From: a virus
Virus record (IMG/VR): IMGVR_UViG_3300045995_000065
Location: 1-64,000 of that record
DNA: 64,000 nucleotides
Reading direction: 5' to 3' (one strand)
A model generated the notes under the pieces. That model was given only the letters and a program-made list of their open reading frames with translations. It was not told the origin of the DNA and did not search any database. Shown piece by piece: positions 27,389-38,441 of this stretch. The first letter of the stretch is position 1; each line of letters begins with the position of its first letter. The position numbers and the translations under genes were made by a program.

Positions 27389-27740
27389 GATTTACTCCTT
27401 AACGTAAATAGAAATTGGGCGAATCCAGAATTGATACCACTTGGGCTCAGAGTAGCCAAGTTCATTGGCACGTTGCATCAATTCAGTGTGGGTAATGTCG
27501 TAATATGTCATTGCTGTTGCAACTTTACCACTTACGAACCGAGCATGAACGGCATCGTAAAAATCTTGTTGTACCCGTTTCATGATTTCTTCTTTCCTGT
27601 GAGTTTAATAAACATCCTGATAGGGAACATCAAAAACGCATTGGGAGATGTTGGCCCAAATGCATAAGTTAAAACGTAGACCACACTGACAAAGCAGTAC
27701 ATGACCAGCGCAATCATAAGCAGTATAAAGTAAAATAACA

Positions 27741-28307
27741 TTATGCCATCTCAGCGTAAGCACGGGCGACTTCCTTGCGGAGGTCTTCAATGCGGGTGGT
27801 TAAGTGTACAATGCGCTCTGCAATGCCGCGAGTCATTTTCTCGTCGTCAGCGTCCAGTGTGTCATTGAACTCGTATTGGGCAATGGAGAGTTGCTCTTCC
27901 AGCACCATCAATTCTTCTTGCATGTTGCCAACGTCGCCAACAGGACCAGCGCACTTGTCAGCAATCGCAGCAACCTTAGGAGCAAGGACTGCCTTTGTAG
28001 CGGCCTTGGCCTGCGCAACAATCAGCAGTTGACCTGCATAGATCTCAATGCGCATCTTGCCAGTGCGATCCAGCTTGCGCCAGTAGGCGACTTGCTTGGG
28101 GGAGAGGTAGCCAAAGCGGGAGAAGAAGTTGGCCATGGACGTTCCCATCCGTGCATGGCAAGGACGGAAGCCTTCACCATTGCGGGAGATAACAGTCTCT
28201 TGCACTTGCTCAGAAGCAGTTTGGCGCTCGTTAAGGGCAACCAACGCACGGGCAATAGCCTTGTCGTTTGTCTTGAGCAACGTAACAATTTCTGCTTTGG
28301 TGACCAT
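27741..28307 (-). CDS. Early hypothetical protein
   Basis: RALVALNERQTASEQ..NGEGF..LSPKQ; behind cassette RBS. Confidence 0.8.
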   Translation of the reverse strand: MVTKAEIVTLLKTNDKAIARALVALNERQTASEQVQETVISRNGEGFRPCHARMGTSMANFFSRFGYLSPKQVAYWRKLDRTGKMRIEIYAGQLLIVAQAKAATKAVLAPKVAAIADKCAGPVGDVGNMQEELMVLEEQLSIAQYEFNDTLDADDEKMTRGIAERIVHLTTRIEDLRKEVARAYAEMA

Positions 28308-28369
28308 TTTGAACTCCGTTAATTACTTACTAAGCCACTATTGTACAATAAATGGCTTTTTTAGTCAAA
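28308..28369 (-). promoter_or_regulatory. Early promoter/leader cassette, copy 6
   Basis: TTGACT-17-TACAAT-AGTGGCTTAGTAAGTAATTAACGGAG. Confidence 0.92.
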
Positions 28370-28657
28370 TTAGGCAGTTACGCAGGTACCGCGGATGTAA
28401 GGGCCGTGTTGGTAGCAGCCGCTATTTTGGGGGCCGTCTTGAGTAACGCGGGTATTGGCAGTGAGGCCTTGAGCTTGCAGGAGACGCTCTACTGCGGCAA
28501 CGACAGTTGCGGAAGCGGAGGGCATAGCAAAACCTACAGTGCGGCGATCTCCGCTATTGCGGTTGCTGTTAGTGTAGCTGTCGTAAATGCTGAAACCGTT
28601 GGCACGGGCAATGTAACGAACTGCGGCGCGGAACTGAAGGGTGGTAGCTACTTGCAT
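28370..28657 (-). CDS. Early hypothetical protein
   Basis: Fills the interval between cassettes 6 and 7 exactly. Confidence 0.75.
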   Translation of the reverse strand: MQVATTLQFRAAVRYIARANGFSIYDSYTNSNRNSGDRRTVGFAMPSASATVVAAVERLLQAQGLTANTRVTQDGPQNSGCYQHGPYIRGTCVTA

Positions 28658-28720
28658 TTGGAAACTCCGTTAATTACTTACTAAGCCACTATTGTACAAT
28701 AAAACCATTTAATGGTCAAA
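28658..28720 (-). promoter_or_regulatory. Early promoter/leader cassette, copy 7
   Basis: TTGACC-17-TACAAT-AGTGGCTTAGTAAGTAATTAACGGAG. Confidence 0.92.
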
Positions 28721-28960
28721 TCATGCAAAGTTGTCAAAAGCGTCGTGGCCTACGTCAAAACCGTGTTTCTTGCAGAATACGCTCCAAGCGGGCAGCGACT
28801 TCATGTCATTGTAAGTGTCAACCCAATTGTACATGCGGGTGGACATGGAATAGCCTTTTGCGGCGGTGTTATAATACGCATTTTGGTTCTTGACCAAAAG
28901 CAGTTGGAGACGCTCAAGTTCTGCTACTTGCTTTTCCATGTCCGTTTTACGCTTTGCCAT
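28721..28960 (-). CDS. Early hypothetical protein
   Basis: MAKRKTDMEK..; fills the interval between cassettes 7 and 8. Confidence 0.75.
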   Translation of the reverse strand: MAKRKTDMEKQVAELERLQLLLVKNQNAYYNTAAKGYSMSTRMYNWVDTYNDMKSLPAWSVFCKKHGFDVGHDAFDNFA

Positions 28961-29021
28961 TTTCAACTCCATTAACTACTTACTAAGCCATAATTGTACA
29001 TTAAATGGATTATTCAGTCAA
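28961..29021 (-). promoter_or_regulatory. Early promoter/leader cassette, copy 8
   Basis: TTGACT-17-TACAAT-TATGGCTTAGTAAGTAGTTAATGGAG. Confidence 0.92.
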
Positions 29022-29274
29022 CCCAAGGTCCACGCCGTTTTAGCCCTTTGATCTCAGAATGCTTGCATCGCAGTATGTTGATTTTCTCTTTGCCCACTTT
29101 CATGGGTAGGTCAAGGTGGATAATGTACACTGGCCCTTCTTCTGTGGAGATGAGTGTGTCGTTTCCCACGCTTCCAACGAAGGGAATGTTCTTGTACTTG
29201 CCCTCAACGCGGGCCATGAACTCGTACTTTGCTTTGTATCCGTTCTTCTCAAACCATTCAGTCTGTGTCGCCAT
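29014..29274 (-). CDS. Hypothetical protein
   Basis: MATQTEWF..IPFVGSVGND..IHLDLP. Confidence 0.65.
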   Translation of the reverse strand: MATQTEWFEKNGYKAKYEFMARVEGKYKNIPFVGSVGNDTLISTEEGPVYIIHLDLPMKVGKEKINILRCKHSEIKGLKRRGPWVD

Positions 29275-29419
29275 TTTGGTCATCCCTTCGCAATTGAATG
29301 GCTTCCTCAATGCCTTCCCAGTTGTCTACACCAGCATCTTCGAGACATTGAAGCCAAAACTGGTCTTTACAAAGTTGGTCGTACTCTGCTTTAGTGATAG
29401 TAATCATTTCTTGTTCCAT
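29258..29419 (-). CDS. Small acidic protein with LEDAGVDNWEG motif (53 aa, not in ORF track)
   Basis: MEQEMITITKAEYDQL..WLQCLEDAGVDNWEGIEEA. Confidence 0.7.
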   Translation of the reverse strand: MEQEMITITKAEYDQLCKDQFWLQCLEDAGVDNWEGIEEAIQLRRDDQNGDTD

Positions 29420-30138
29420 TATCTTTCCCTATTTAAGTATTCAGTTGCATCTTTTGGGTTACCCACACCTTCAATGTCCCAGCGCAGTGCTTGCAGAATA
29501 TCAAAAAGGAGCTCTCCGGCAGCTTGGTCTGACGAAGTGTGGGTTGCGACGATTTCTTCAATTTCAGCGAGTTGGCTCATTATTTGATTCCTATTAGGTT
29601 GCGAAGTTCTTCCATTGCGCTTCCGCGGCCGTGTTCATACGCTGCATTAAGTAGAGCAGCGATCTTCCATGCGTCTACTTTTACAAGTTCGTCCGCTTCT
29701 AAGACACGGGTGCAAACACCAGGGTCATTGTAGTGCATAAGCAGGACGCGATCGTTACCATCTTCGTCCTCTTTAACTATCCATTGTAGTAGTCGTGCCA
29801 TAATTAAAACGCGATGTCGTCGTCCATGTCTGCAAAGTAGACGGGTTCCCATACCGGCCCAACATACTTAGGATTGTCGAAGCTGTTAAACACTGTCTGA
29901 TAATCCCAGACACTGTCTCCGCGCAGTCTATCTTGTTCTTCAGTGAGAATTTTTATTCCTGCCCCGACTGGCGTGTCGTCATCGTCGTTCCCGCGTATTA
30001 CGCGGATGTCGCCGTTTGTATATGTGCCGTCCCATCCGCCGTTGATTACACGGAAACTAAAGTTCGCAGGATCAAAGTCGTCCTTGACTGTGACCAGCAG
30101 ACTGGGCCTGCCGTCGCTATCACCAAGCATTAGTCTCA

Positions 30139-30579
30139 TTACAGGCAAGCCTTTACAACCTTGGATGCCATGCCGCCGTCATACTTGCCAGCGTGTTTTG
30201 CCTTGAGCGCAGCCATAACTTGGCCCATGTTAGCACCAACACCAAGCTCGTTAAGGATTGCACGTACTGCAATAGTAAGCACGTATTCGTCCATTTGTTG
30301 TGGCATGTAAGGTGCTAGGATAGCGGCTTCGCCACGCAGCATTACAAGTGCTTCGACGTTCTTTGCAGCTTCCATGTACTTGATGGATTCGTTGATACCG
30401 TCAAGGAACTTCTTGACGAGCTTAACCACGTCAGCGTCAGTGACCTCACGGTTGCCATCGTTTTTGCCAATGGCGGTTAGCTCACCAATTAGTGTGGTAA
30501 GCAGAGTTGCAGAGAGACCCATCTTTGCCTTGCGGGCAGTAAGTTGGTCAGCTTTGATTTGTGCAAATAGTGTCATCAT
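30139..30579 (-). CDS. GatB/YqeY domain protein
   Basis: IKADQLTARKAK..L..YMPQQM..MGQVMAALK..GKYDG. Confidence 0.88.
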   Translation of the reverse strand: MMTLFAQIKADQLTARKAKMGLSATLLTTLIGELTAIGKNDGNREVTDADVVKLVKKFLDGINESIKYMEAAKNVEALVMLRGEAAILAPYMPQQMDEYVLTIAVRAILNELGVGANMGQVMAALKAKHAGKYDGGMASKVVKACL

Positions 30580-30585
30580 CTTTCC

Positions 30586-32107
30586 TTAAAAATCGTTGTC
30601 ATCAATATCCCGCGGCTCAGGCAGCGGTTGTCTCTCGGGTATCTTCCCTTCGTACATTTCAGTCCACTGCACATACACATCCATCGCAGTAGAATGCGAC
30701 AATGCGTGAGCAGCAAGGTGCACCATCATGTGGTTCACGATCATATCAGCGAACTTCTCGTGATCGAAAGTTTCGATGTCAATGGTGCACTGCTCGGCAA
30801 ATTCTACGAACTTTGGATGCATAGTTCAACCCCATAAAATGTCGCAGCATATGCAACTCGCGCTGGACTTGCGGCGTGCGTGTCCATGAGATCGTATGCG
30901 AACTTTTCAATCAGCAACTTAGTAAGACGATCAGTATATTGGTCAATACCGCGCTCACCATTGGCGTCACATTCTTTCAATGCTTCGTCAGCAAGTTTCT
31001 TAATACGTTCGTTCATTCTTTGCCCCTTAGCAGAGTGATTGTCGGGATGTCAGTTATGTCAAGGTGCGTGATTGCCGTGATAACCATATAAACAAGAAAC
31101 ACGACATTTACCACTGGAACAATAGACGCCATAGTAAACATCAACAGATCGCCAAACGACAGATCCATTTTCTCATACCAGTTTATAAAAAGGTTCCCCA
31201 CCAAGCATACCACGACGGTGACTGTGTATACGTTTTCCATCACTAAACTCCAAAATACGCTTCGAGCGATTCTGCAAATTCGGGACCGCCCACATCACGC
31301 AGGTGCTGGCATGATTCCTTAACAACCAACTCAGCAAGAGTGGATGCCATTATAGCAGTCCAAGCGGTATCGTTGCTTTCAACTTTAATGTCATGCTTTT
31401 TGCACATCTCATAGGCAGTTGCGCCTGCTTGCTCAAACAATTTTATTGCACGGCTGTTCATTTGTTATACCTTTTAGTTGTCTTCATCGTCATTTTCGAC
31501 AAAATGGGCAACTTTGTCGCCATTTTTAATCTCACCAGGCGGATTAAACTTTTTCACAAATGCCCGTGCAGCAGCTTCGGTTCGAAACTCTTTAACATCT
31601 TCTAGAAAATCGCCATGATACATATTGGCTTCAAAAATCTCTACATAGTATTTCATTCTTCTTCCTCACCCTTGAAAAAGTCCCATCCTTTGCCGCCGAG
31701 CTTTTTCCAGTTTTCGTATTTCTGCACTTCTTCTTGACAGCGTCTGGGTTGTCCCACGCTACCAATAACTGCACCGCAATCAAGGCAGCGGTAACCGTAT
31801 CCTGCACCTTCGTCAAATATTGCTACTCCGCCACACGGCGAGTAGATTTGCTTGGGGTTTATGCTGTCGTTCATCACATCTCGTCAATCTGTACGCTCAT
31901 GTCGCACCAGTTGCCGCAAAGGCCCACAGCGCTCTTCATGCTTGCATTCATACTCTCGAGCGAGCGCAAAGCAGCGGCTACGGCGGCGTTAGTGGCAAGT
32001 TGATCGCCAAGTTGCCAGCGGATTTGCTTTGCAGTAGTGTATACAGACACGCCCTTAACGATGACGCGAAACTTCTGCGATTGTTTGTACTTGAATGTCT
32101 TAGCCAT
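30586..32107 (-). CDS. Chain of about seven short early genes, including three MNERI-type paralogs
   Basis: 30586-30822, 30804-31016, 31013-31243, 31243-31461, 31474-31656, 31653-31877, 31874-32107; overlapping start/stop. Confidence 0.65.
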
Positions 32108-32108
32108 T

Positions 32109-32270
32109 TTATGCCTTAAAGATTTCGAATGCACGGGCAAAGCCGCAAGAGAAAGGAACAGGGTGATTGACACCTTGTTGGGCGCATTTGCCGTTAGTAC
32201 CAGATGGGCAACGAGCGCGGAACGGACAGTCCGTAAACGCGGGGATTTTGCCTTGTACTAACTGTTTCAT
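32109..32270 (-). CDS. 53 aa four-Cys peptide (not in ORF track)
   Basis: MKQLVQGKIPAFTDCPFRARCPSGTNGKCAQQGVNHPVPFSCGFARAFEIFKA behind cassette RBS. Confidence 0.75.
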   Translation of the reverse strand: MKQLVQGKIPAFTDCPFRARCPSGTNGKCAQQGVNHPVPFSCGFARAFEIFKA

Positions 32271-32328
32271 CGCTTACTCCATTAACTTACTAAGCCACTA
32301 TTGTACATTAAAACGATTAATGGGTCAA
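32271..32328 (-). promoter_or_regulatory. Early promoter/leader cassette, copy 9
   Basis: TTGACC-17-TACAAT-AGTGGCTTAGTAAGTTAATGGAG. Confidence 0.92.
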
Positions 32329-34551
32329 TTCTGAAGAATGTCCCAAACATTTAGCTTTTCCTCTGCCGCTTTGCGCAGTCTCTGCTCGCGGTCCAAACTT
32401 TGCCGTGCGTCTGCTGCTTGTGCTTTTGCCAGTATTAGTTTCTGCTCTTGATCAGCGAGCAACTCAATCACTGTGCGAGTTGTTAGCCGCTTGATTTCTT
32501 CATCCTGCTCTTTGATCATTTCTTCAGCTGAACGGAGGTCACAAGTCACATTGTCGAGTGCTTGGTGAATCTCAGCGGGAGTGTCAAAATCTTCAAACAC
32601 ATCTTGCCACGCTTGCTTATTTTCGATGATTTTCAGTAAACGCTGCACAACGGGGTCAAGTGTGCCAGAGAGGTAAACATAGTTGATAAAATCTTTGTCA
32701 ACTGCAAGTTGCGCGGCAATGTGTAAATGGTTCATTGTGTGTACTTAAGTGCGGCCATTGTAAATGCAGCATCAGCTTCATCGTATTTCCAGAAGAACCA
32801 AGTAAAGTCTCGCGGCTGCTTTTTGGCACCTTTTGTTTCGAAAATCATTGCGAGATCGTCAGTGACCCCTTTTATTTCTTCCCAAGTATTTGCGCCAGTG
32901 GACCATTCGCTAAAGTGAATCTCAAACCAAGTCTTTTTGCCAGGCCGCTCTTGCCGCACGAACTCAAACTGTTTCGTTTTCTTTATTACTGTGCGCTTTT
33001 TAACATTTGTCATTTTCTTCTCTTTCGAGCCAGGCGTTGTCAAATTCTTCGCGAGTCATTAGCTCAGGATAAGTTAGCTTCAGGTATGTCGCCATTGACT
33101 CATCCCAAAACTTAAATGCAACGTAATTGTCAGTGTCATCAGCAAAGGTGCCATCCCATGTGTTAAGGTAATTTGTCTTACCAAACCGTTCCTCACAGAA
33201 CTTCCATATCACTATCATCTTGTCAAACTCTGTATGTCCCTTACGGCGCATGATAAGATCAACTGACATTAACCCACTCCCACTTAAGGATGAACATACT
33301 TGCATCCTTTTCTTCCTTGAATGCAAATACAGTATTACCAAACGTGCAGTGGATAACCCAAAGTTTAGTGCCCATGCCACTCCAGTCTTTGGGTGTTTCG
33401 TAAGTCCATCCGCCATAGCCAATATTCGCAGTGCACCAATCAGTCATCTCAAGATGTTGGTGGTAGCGGTCCTTGCCAAAGCGAACTTCAAAGGTCATGC
33501 AAACTCTCGCTCGACTTTACCGTCGGTTAGTACGCCCCACATTTTCATCTTGGAACGCATGTCTGCCATTGCAGGGAAATCAGCAGCATACAGTTTCATG
33601 TCGTATTGGCACTTGCTGCCGCCAGACCCACTACCAGTGTTGATGCCAGTGTCCTTGAAGTAATCAGAGCCGTAGCCGTCACATTCACGAGGGACCTTGT
33701 GATCAGTGGAGCCAGCGTTTACCGTGTAGTAGATATGTCCTTGCCAACCTGGGTAACCTTTGGGTAGGTGTGCATTTTCAGGACGGCTTTGGTTCCAATT
33801 TTGTACACCGTCACGTGGGCAAGAGTGAGTGTTGGATACAGAGTCGCTCCATCGCATGTTTTCAAACCTGACACTGACCAGTGTATGCTTGTTCTTTGGC
33901 TTCTTGTCAAGGTGCCACAGTGAATGTTTCATGCCGTTAGCGAAGAACCAGTCCCAGTTTTTAGCGATAAATTCTTCAAGCTCTTTGATGCTTGTAACAG
34001 TTGCGCCCATGCGCTTGATAAACGATTCGCGCTCTGCTTCCATCTGCCCAATCTTGCGAGCTTGGTTGCGTTGACGAGCGAGTCCACGCAGGTGACTTGT
34101 GTATTTGTTTTTGTCTTCAAAAAGCTTGCCGTCAGCATCGCTTTTCCATACGAGAATTTGACTCATTGGAATTGTCCTTCACGTTCAGCGCACTTAACAA
34201 TGCCAGGGTTGGTGAATCCACCAAAGCCTTCGCACGGTTCGTCGATGTAAATGCTCTTGGGTGTAAAGCCGTAATTGCGTTGGCAGTATTCGTTGATCTC
34301 AGACTCAGTGGGAGTCACGCCGTCAAAAACGAGTGTAACCCAACCTTCGAGGTAATTTTTGCTGGAATCGTAAATCATTACAGTTTCCTCGATTCGTCAA
34401 TGTACGTTTGCATACGTTCCAGCTCAGTTTGGGTGCGCCAGAGATTGTAATTGACCTCAGCCGTATCTTTGTTTTGTTCCATAGCGGCGATAGCCTTGAC
34501 CAAAAAGGACATAGCTTGATACGCTATCTGAAGTTTTTGCTTATCTACCAT
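32325..34551 (-). CDS. Early operon of hypothetical genes (32325-32735, 32732-33013, 33000-33269, 33259-33498, 33495-34166, 34163-34378, 34378-34551)
   Basis: Coupled ORFs; three end in F..LK[WY]-type motifs. Confidence 0.65.
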
Positions 34552-34610
34552 GTTATCACCATTAGCTTTACTAAGCCACAAGTATACATTAAGATGATTT
34601 ATGGGTCAAA
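34552..34610 (-). promoter_or_regulatory. Early promoter/leader cassette, copy 10
   Basis: TTGACC-17-TATACT-TGTGGCTTAGTAAAGCTAATGGTG. Confidence 0.85.
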
Positions 34611-36183
34611 TCAAATCTTCAGTGGATTCTCCAGCGTAAACTGCACGGCGATTCCGGTCGCAGCCACAGTTAAACCACGTGGCAAAGTCTTCAGCCTCTT
34701 GCTTGGTGCTGAACTTTTGCTGGTTAAGGACCTTGTAAACATCCTTGGCAAGTTCGTGCCGCGACTTGGCTACGTGGACTTCAACAATGTGTGTCATTGA
34801 TAAGACCTTTCTTGCCCAACTTTTTGCACAGTAGTAGGCAGTTGCCTTATAAGGTTTTGTGACTCTTCAACCTTCCAGCCGCAGATTGGACTCTCGGGGA
34901 AAATTGCACGGGCTTGCTCGATGTCGTCTACTTCATAGTAGCCGTGAAGGTAATAATCAACATTGCCACAAAAGTCTGCGAACCGTGCGTAAACTGCGAC
35001 AATCATTTTAACTCCGGAATGTAAGGCGCAATGCTTCCAGATAGTCATCTGTTCCCATTTGCGTGTTGCCATTATCTATTGCATCGTAAATACCCGCACA
35101 CTCACTAACTATTAACTGTGCGAACTTTTCGATGTCATTTTCCCAAAGTACATACGGATCTCTGCGACCATAATGCAGGCTTGTTTTCTGCATCCCTGCC
35201 GCTAAAGCAAGTTTCTCGATTTGTTCGTTCATATGCAGTAATCCATCTCTTGTTTAATCATTGCGAACGGAATCAACCATCCGTTGTTCATTGCTTCCAA
35301 GATGTAGTTCTGATGCTTTAGCGGGCAATTGGGATGAATTTCAATTCCCGCAATGTTACACTGTGCAATGCCATCAGTCATTATGAACCGCGGATCATTG
35401 TACGGGATTTTAACAAAGGCTGATGGTTTAGATGTAATAGTCATTATTCTTTACTCCAGTATGTACAAAATTTATCGCCAGGTTTCATTGTTGCTTGGTT
35501 GACATTTCTCTTAGATCCGTCTGACAGCAAGACAACCGCGTCTCGATAACGCAACTCCAAAATCTGTGTCACGGTTTCTTCATGCTTGCATACATCTGGG
35601 TGTTCGGCTTCATTCATTGCCAATCCAAGGCATATTAGAATTATGCTGCCAATAAGAATGATTGTCACCAGTGGTGCAACTATTGAAGGTTTGTGGGGGG
35701 TCATTTGTAACGCTCCAGTAATTCTTTGTGGCGGGTTTCGATATCCTTCATGTGCACATCAAGTTTCTTTTGTGCGCCATTCCGGTCCTTGGTTTCCTTT
35801 TGCCAAGCTTCCCACAGTTCCAGCGCAGTGCTGCCCTTTGCGAGACCAAGGCCCTTGTATACTACTTGCTTGCTCATATCTTAACTCCAGTTAGTTCTTC
35901 CTTCTGCATACTTCAAAAGGAAAAATTCCAATTGTTCGTCAGATTTTACAAAGAACGAATGTTGCCCACTATTTTTTTCCAGCTGGTAAGACCACGGAAT
36001 ATTAGTTCTTAAAATGTTCCGGGTATCAACATCATAACTCGGCCCAAACGTTGATGTAAAGAAATCATGCAATTCCCTGAACGAATCTTTGTTTGCTGCC
36101 CATGCGTCAGCTAAAGTAATTTTTTTACGGAATATCCCCGAGGCAACGGAATTACCGTGAATGTCTGAGAGTACGTAGTGCAT
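34606..36183 (-). CDS. Chain of short hypothetical genes
   Basis: 34606-34797, about 34794-35006, 35008-35232, 35229-35444, 35444-35704, about 35701-35877, 35881-36183. Confidence 0.55.
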
Positions 36184-36184
36184 C

Positions 36185-36496
36185 TTAGTTACTTAGTAAT
36201 GCCCACACGGCAGTCTTTTCCAAATCGTCTCGGAACTCTGGATACACGGTGTGCAGCTTGCTTTCTTCGATCTTAGTGTAGGTCTTTTCCTTCTTTTCCC
36301 ACACCTTACGCATTTGGAAACGATTTATGTCGTAAATCTTAGTAGACAGCTTCTTGCCGCGGCGTCCCCAAAATGAAACATATTTGCCTGGGTCCCAGGC
36401 GAACTCATCGTCGGGCTCGCTAATGCAAATTACGCCCCACACCTTGTCGACGTTTTCCTTCTCGTCGCGTTCCCAGCCGATGAACTCGTATTTCAT
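36185..36496 (-). CDS. Stand-alone WGR-like domain protein
   Basis: DKVWGV..VSFWGRRG..KKEKTY. Confidence 0.6.
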   Translation of the reverse strand: MKYEFIGWERDEKENVDKVWGVICISEPDDEFAWDPGKYVSFWGRRGKKLSTKIYDINRFQMRKVWEKKEKTYTKIEESKLHTVYPEFRDDLEKTAVWALLSN

Positions 36497-37994
36497 TTAG
36501 ATGTCCTCTTGACATTGACGTGTTGCTTCCTCGTCGCAATGGCAAAGAGTAGTGTAGTCGCCGTGAATATCTTCAGCGTAAGGGCAAGTGTGGCCTTCAT
36601 CTTTGCATTCCACTTTTTGCAGTGACTCAATGAGTTCAACTCGCGACACTAAGCGCCAGCTATCAGCAAACCCAACCTCTACCCAATTTACTGGGGCGAG
36701 CCAACGGTCGCCATTAGGACCTTGCCCAACTGCGGCAAGTGAACTTCCGCCACTCTTCCAGAACAGGCGATACAAACCCAATGCCAACTTCTTTGCTTCA
36801 ACTTTGGTCATACGTTTAGAACCCAAAAAATTACTGCGCCCAGCAAACACCCTGATAGGACGACGACCCAGGCACCTGAAATGTCGTCGTCGGGTAACGG
36901 ACGGGAGATCATTTACTTTGCTCCGAACTTTGCTTGCAACCGCTCAAACTCGCGACGGTCACGGTCTTCAGCCATTGCTGCATAACGTTCTTCTTGCTCG
37001 ATGCGGTACTGCATTTCAGCGTCAGTCTCGGGCTCGTCAACAAACACCCGCAGGTATTTCTGGTCAGAGTCTGAGTATTGTTCGCAAGTTGAATCCAGCG
37101 TAGCATAAAAGCCGTAGGTGTCTAGCAACTTCTTCAGTCGCTCAACTGCTTCCACCAAGGTGCAGCAATCCAGATCAACAGTTTCCTTTTCACGTGCTCG
37201 CAGTATGCGCTCACGGTTTACTTTTAGTGCCATTATGAGTTCCCTTCAAATTCGTCAGCGTATTCGTCCATGTCCTCTTGCATCTCGCGCACAACAGTGA
37301 CAGGCAGTTCAAACTCCTTTGCAACGGCAGTCACAGACTTGCCCTCACGCAGCATCTCTTGAACATTGTAATACAGATCTTTCATTGCAGCCATTAGCTT
37401 TCTTCCTTAACATTAATCACGACAACTACCATGCCCTTGACGGGATCGTAGTACCAATCTTTGGAAATCATTTCCACCTTAGGGTCAGTGAGAGAGTAAT
37501 CTTTCAACCACTCCCGCATTATAATGTCTATTGAGACTGTGCTTACCAGTTGTTTGTATTCAGTTGTCATTTCATTGCCTTAAATTGTGCGAACTGTTCT
37601 TCTTGCAGAGCGTCATAAACAGTGCCAGCATCAATTGCTACCTGTTTAGTTGGCACTTCGTAAATGAACGCGATGAGTTCAAAATCCACTTGCTGCCACG
37701 GCGCATAGCTGCCACTCATGTAAGTATCAAGTGCCTGCTTTGCTGCAAGCTTGATAACTTCTGCGTAGGATTTCATGCGTACTGCCCCTTCGTGTTACGG
37801 ACACGGTTTTGGTAAAGATCACGGTAGCTTTGGATACGCGGCTGGTAAACACCAATGTTACGCTTTTCCAGTTTGAATTTTTCGTAAACAAAGTTGCAGC
37901 ACTCGCCTAGGCTGTTGCTTTCAAACAACACCTCAGCGTCATCATCGTGTGCCAGCTTCATTGCTGGATTGAGATAAAAGCACTGATATTCCAT
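36497..37994 (-). CDS. Chain of short early genes, including a small HTH-like ORF at 37233-37394
   Basis: 36497-36811, 36913-37233, 37233-37394 (EMLREGKSVTAVAKEFELPVTVV), 37394-37570, 37567-37776, 37773-37994. Confidence 0.6.
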
Positions 37995-38054
37995 GTCGCT
38001 TGCCTTTGTTACTTACTAAGCCACTATTGTACATTAAAGTGAATATTCAGTCAA
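37995..38054 (-). promoter_or_regulatory. Early promoter/leader cassette, copy 11
   Basis: TTGACT-17-TACAAT-AGTGGCTTAGTAAGTAAC. Confidence 0.9.
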
Positions 38055-38078
38055 AAAGAAGGGGCCTGGCAAGACCCC
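38053..38078 (-). terminator. Rho-independent terminator
   Basis: GGGGTC-TTGCCA-GGCCCC-TTCTTTTT, directly abutting the -35 of cassette 11. Confidence 0.8.
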
Positions 38079-38099
38079 AACTTTAACGGTGTATACTGT

Positions 38100-38432
38100 T
38101 TACTTGAACAGAATAAACGCCAGTGCTGTAGCTTGTGCGATGAATCCAGCGCCGTTTGTTACGACATTGAACATGTTCTTTAGCAGAACTGCGCGAGCAA
38201 ACATAAGCAGTAGTCCAGTCCAAACGAACAGTACCATGTCAAGTGATGGAGCACGGTCTGTTAGACCAGCCATCATTGCCATCATAGTAGGAACTGTTAC
38301 GCAGTGCAGCACCACAATTGCCAACCATTCAAGCGTATCCGCTGTGATCTTTGGGAAGTGATTGAATGCAAAGTTCAAAACTTTTTGGGTCATTGGTACC
38401 ACAGTGGTACCTGCGTCATTAACTTCGTCCAT
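38100..38432 (-). CDS. Small 3-TM membrane protein
   Basis: Three hydrophobic segments; downstream of cell wall hydrolase. Confidence 0.75.
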   Translation of the reverse strand: MDEVNDAGTTVVPMTQKVLNFAFNHFPKITADTLEWLAIVVLHCVTVPTMMAMMAGLTDRAPSLDMVLFVWTGLLLMFARAVLLKNMFNVVTNGAGFIAQATALAFILFK

Positions 38433-38441
38433 TTTGATTCC

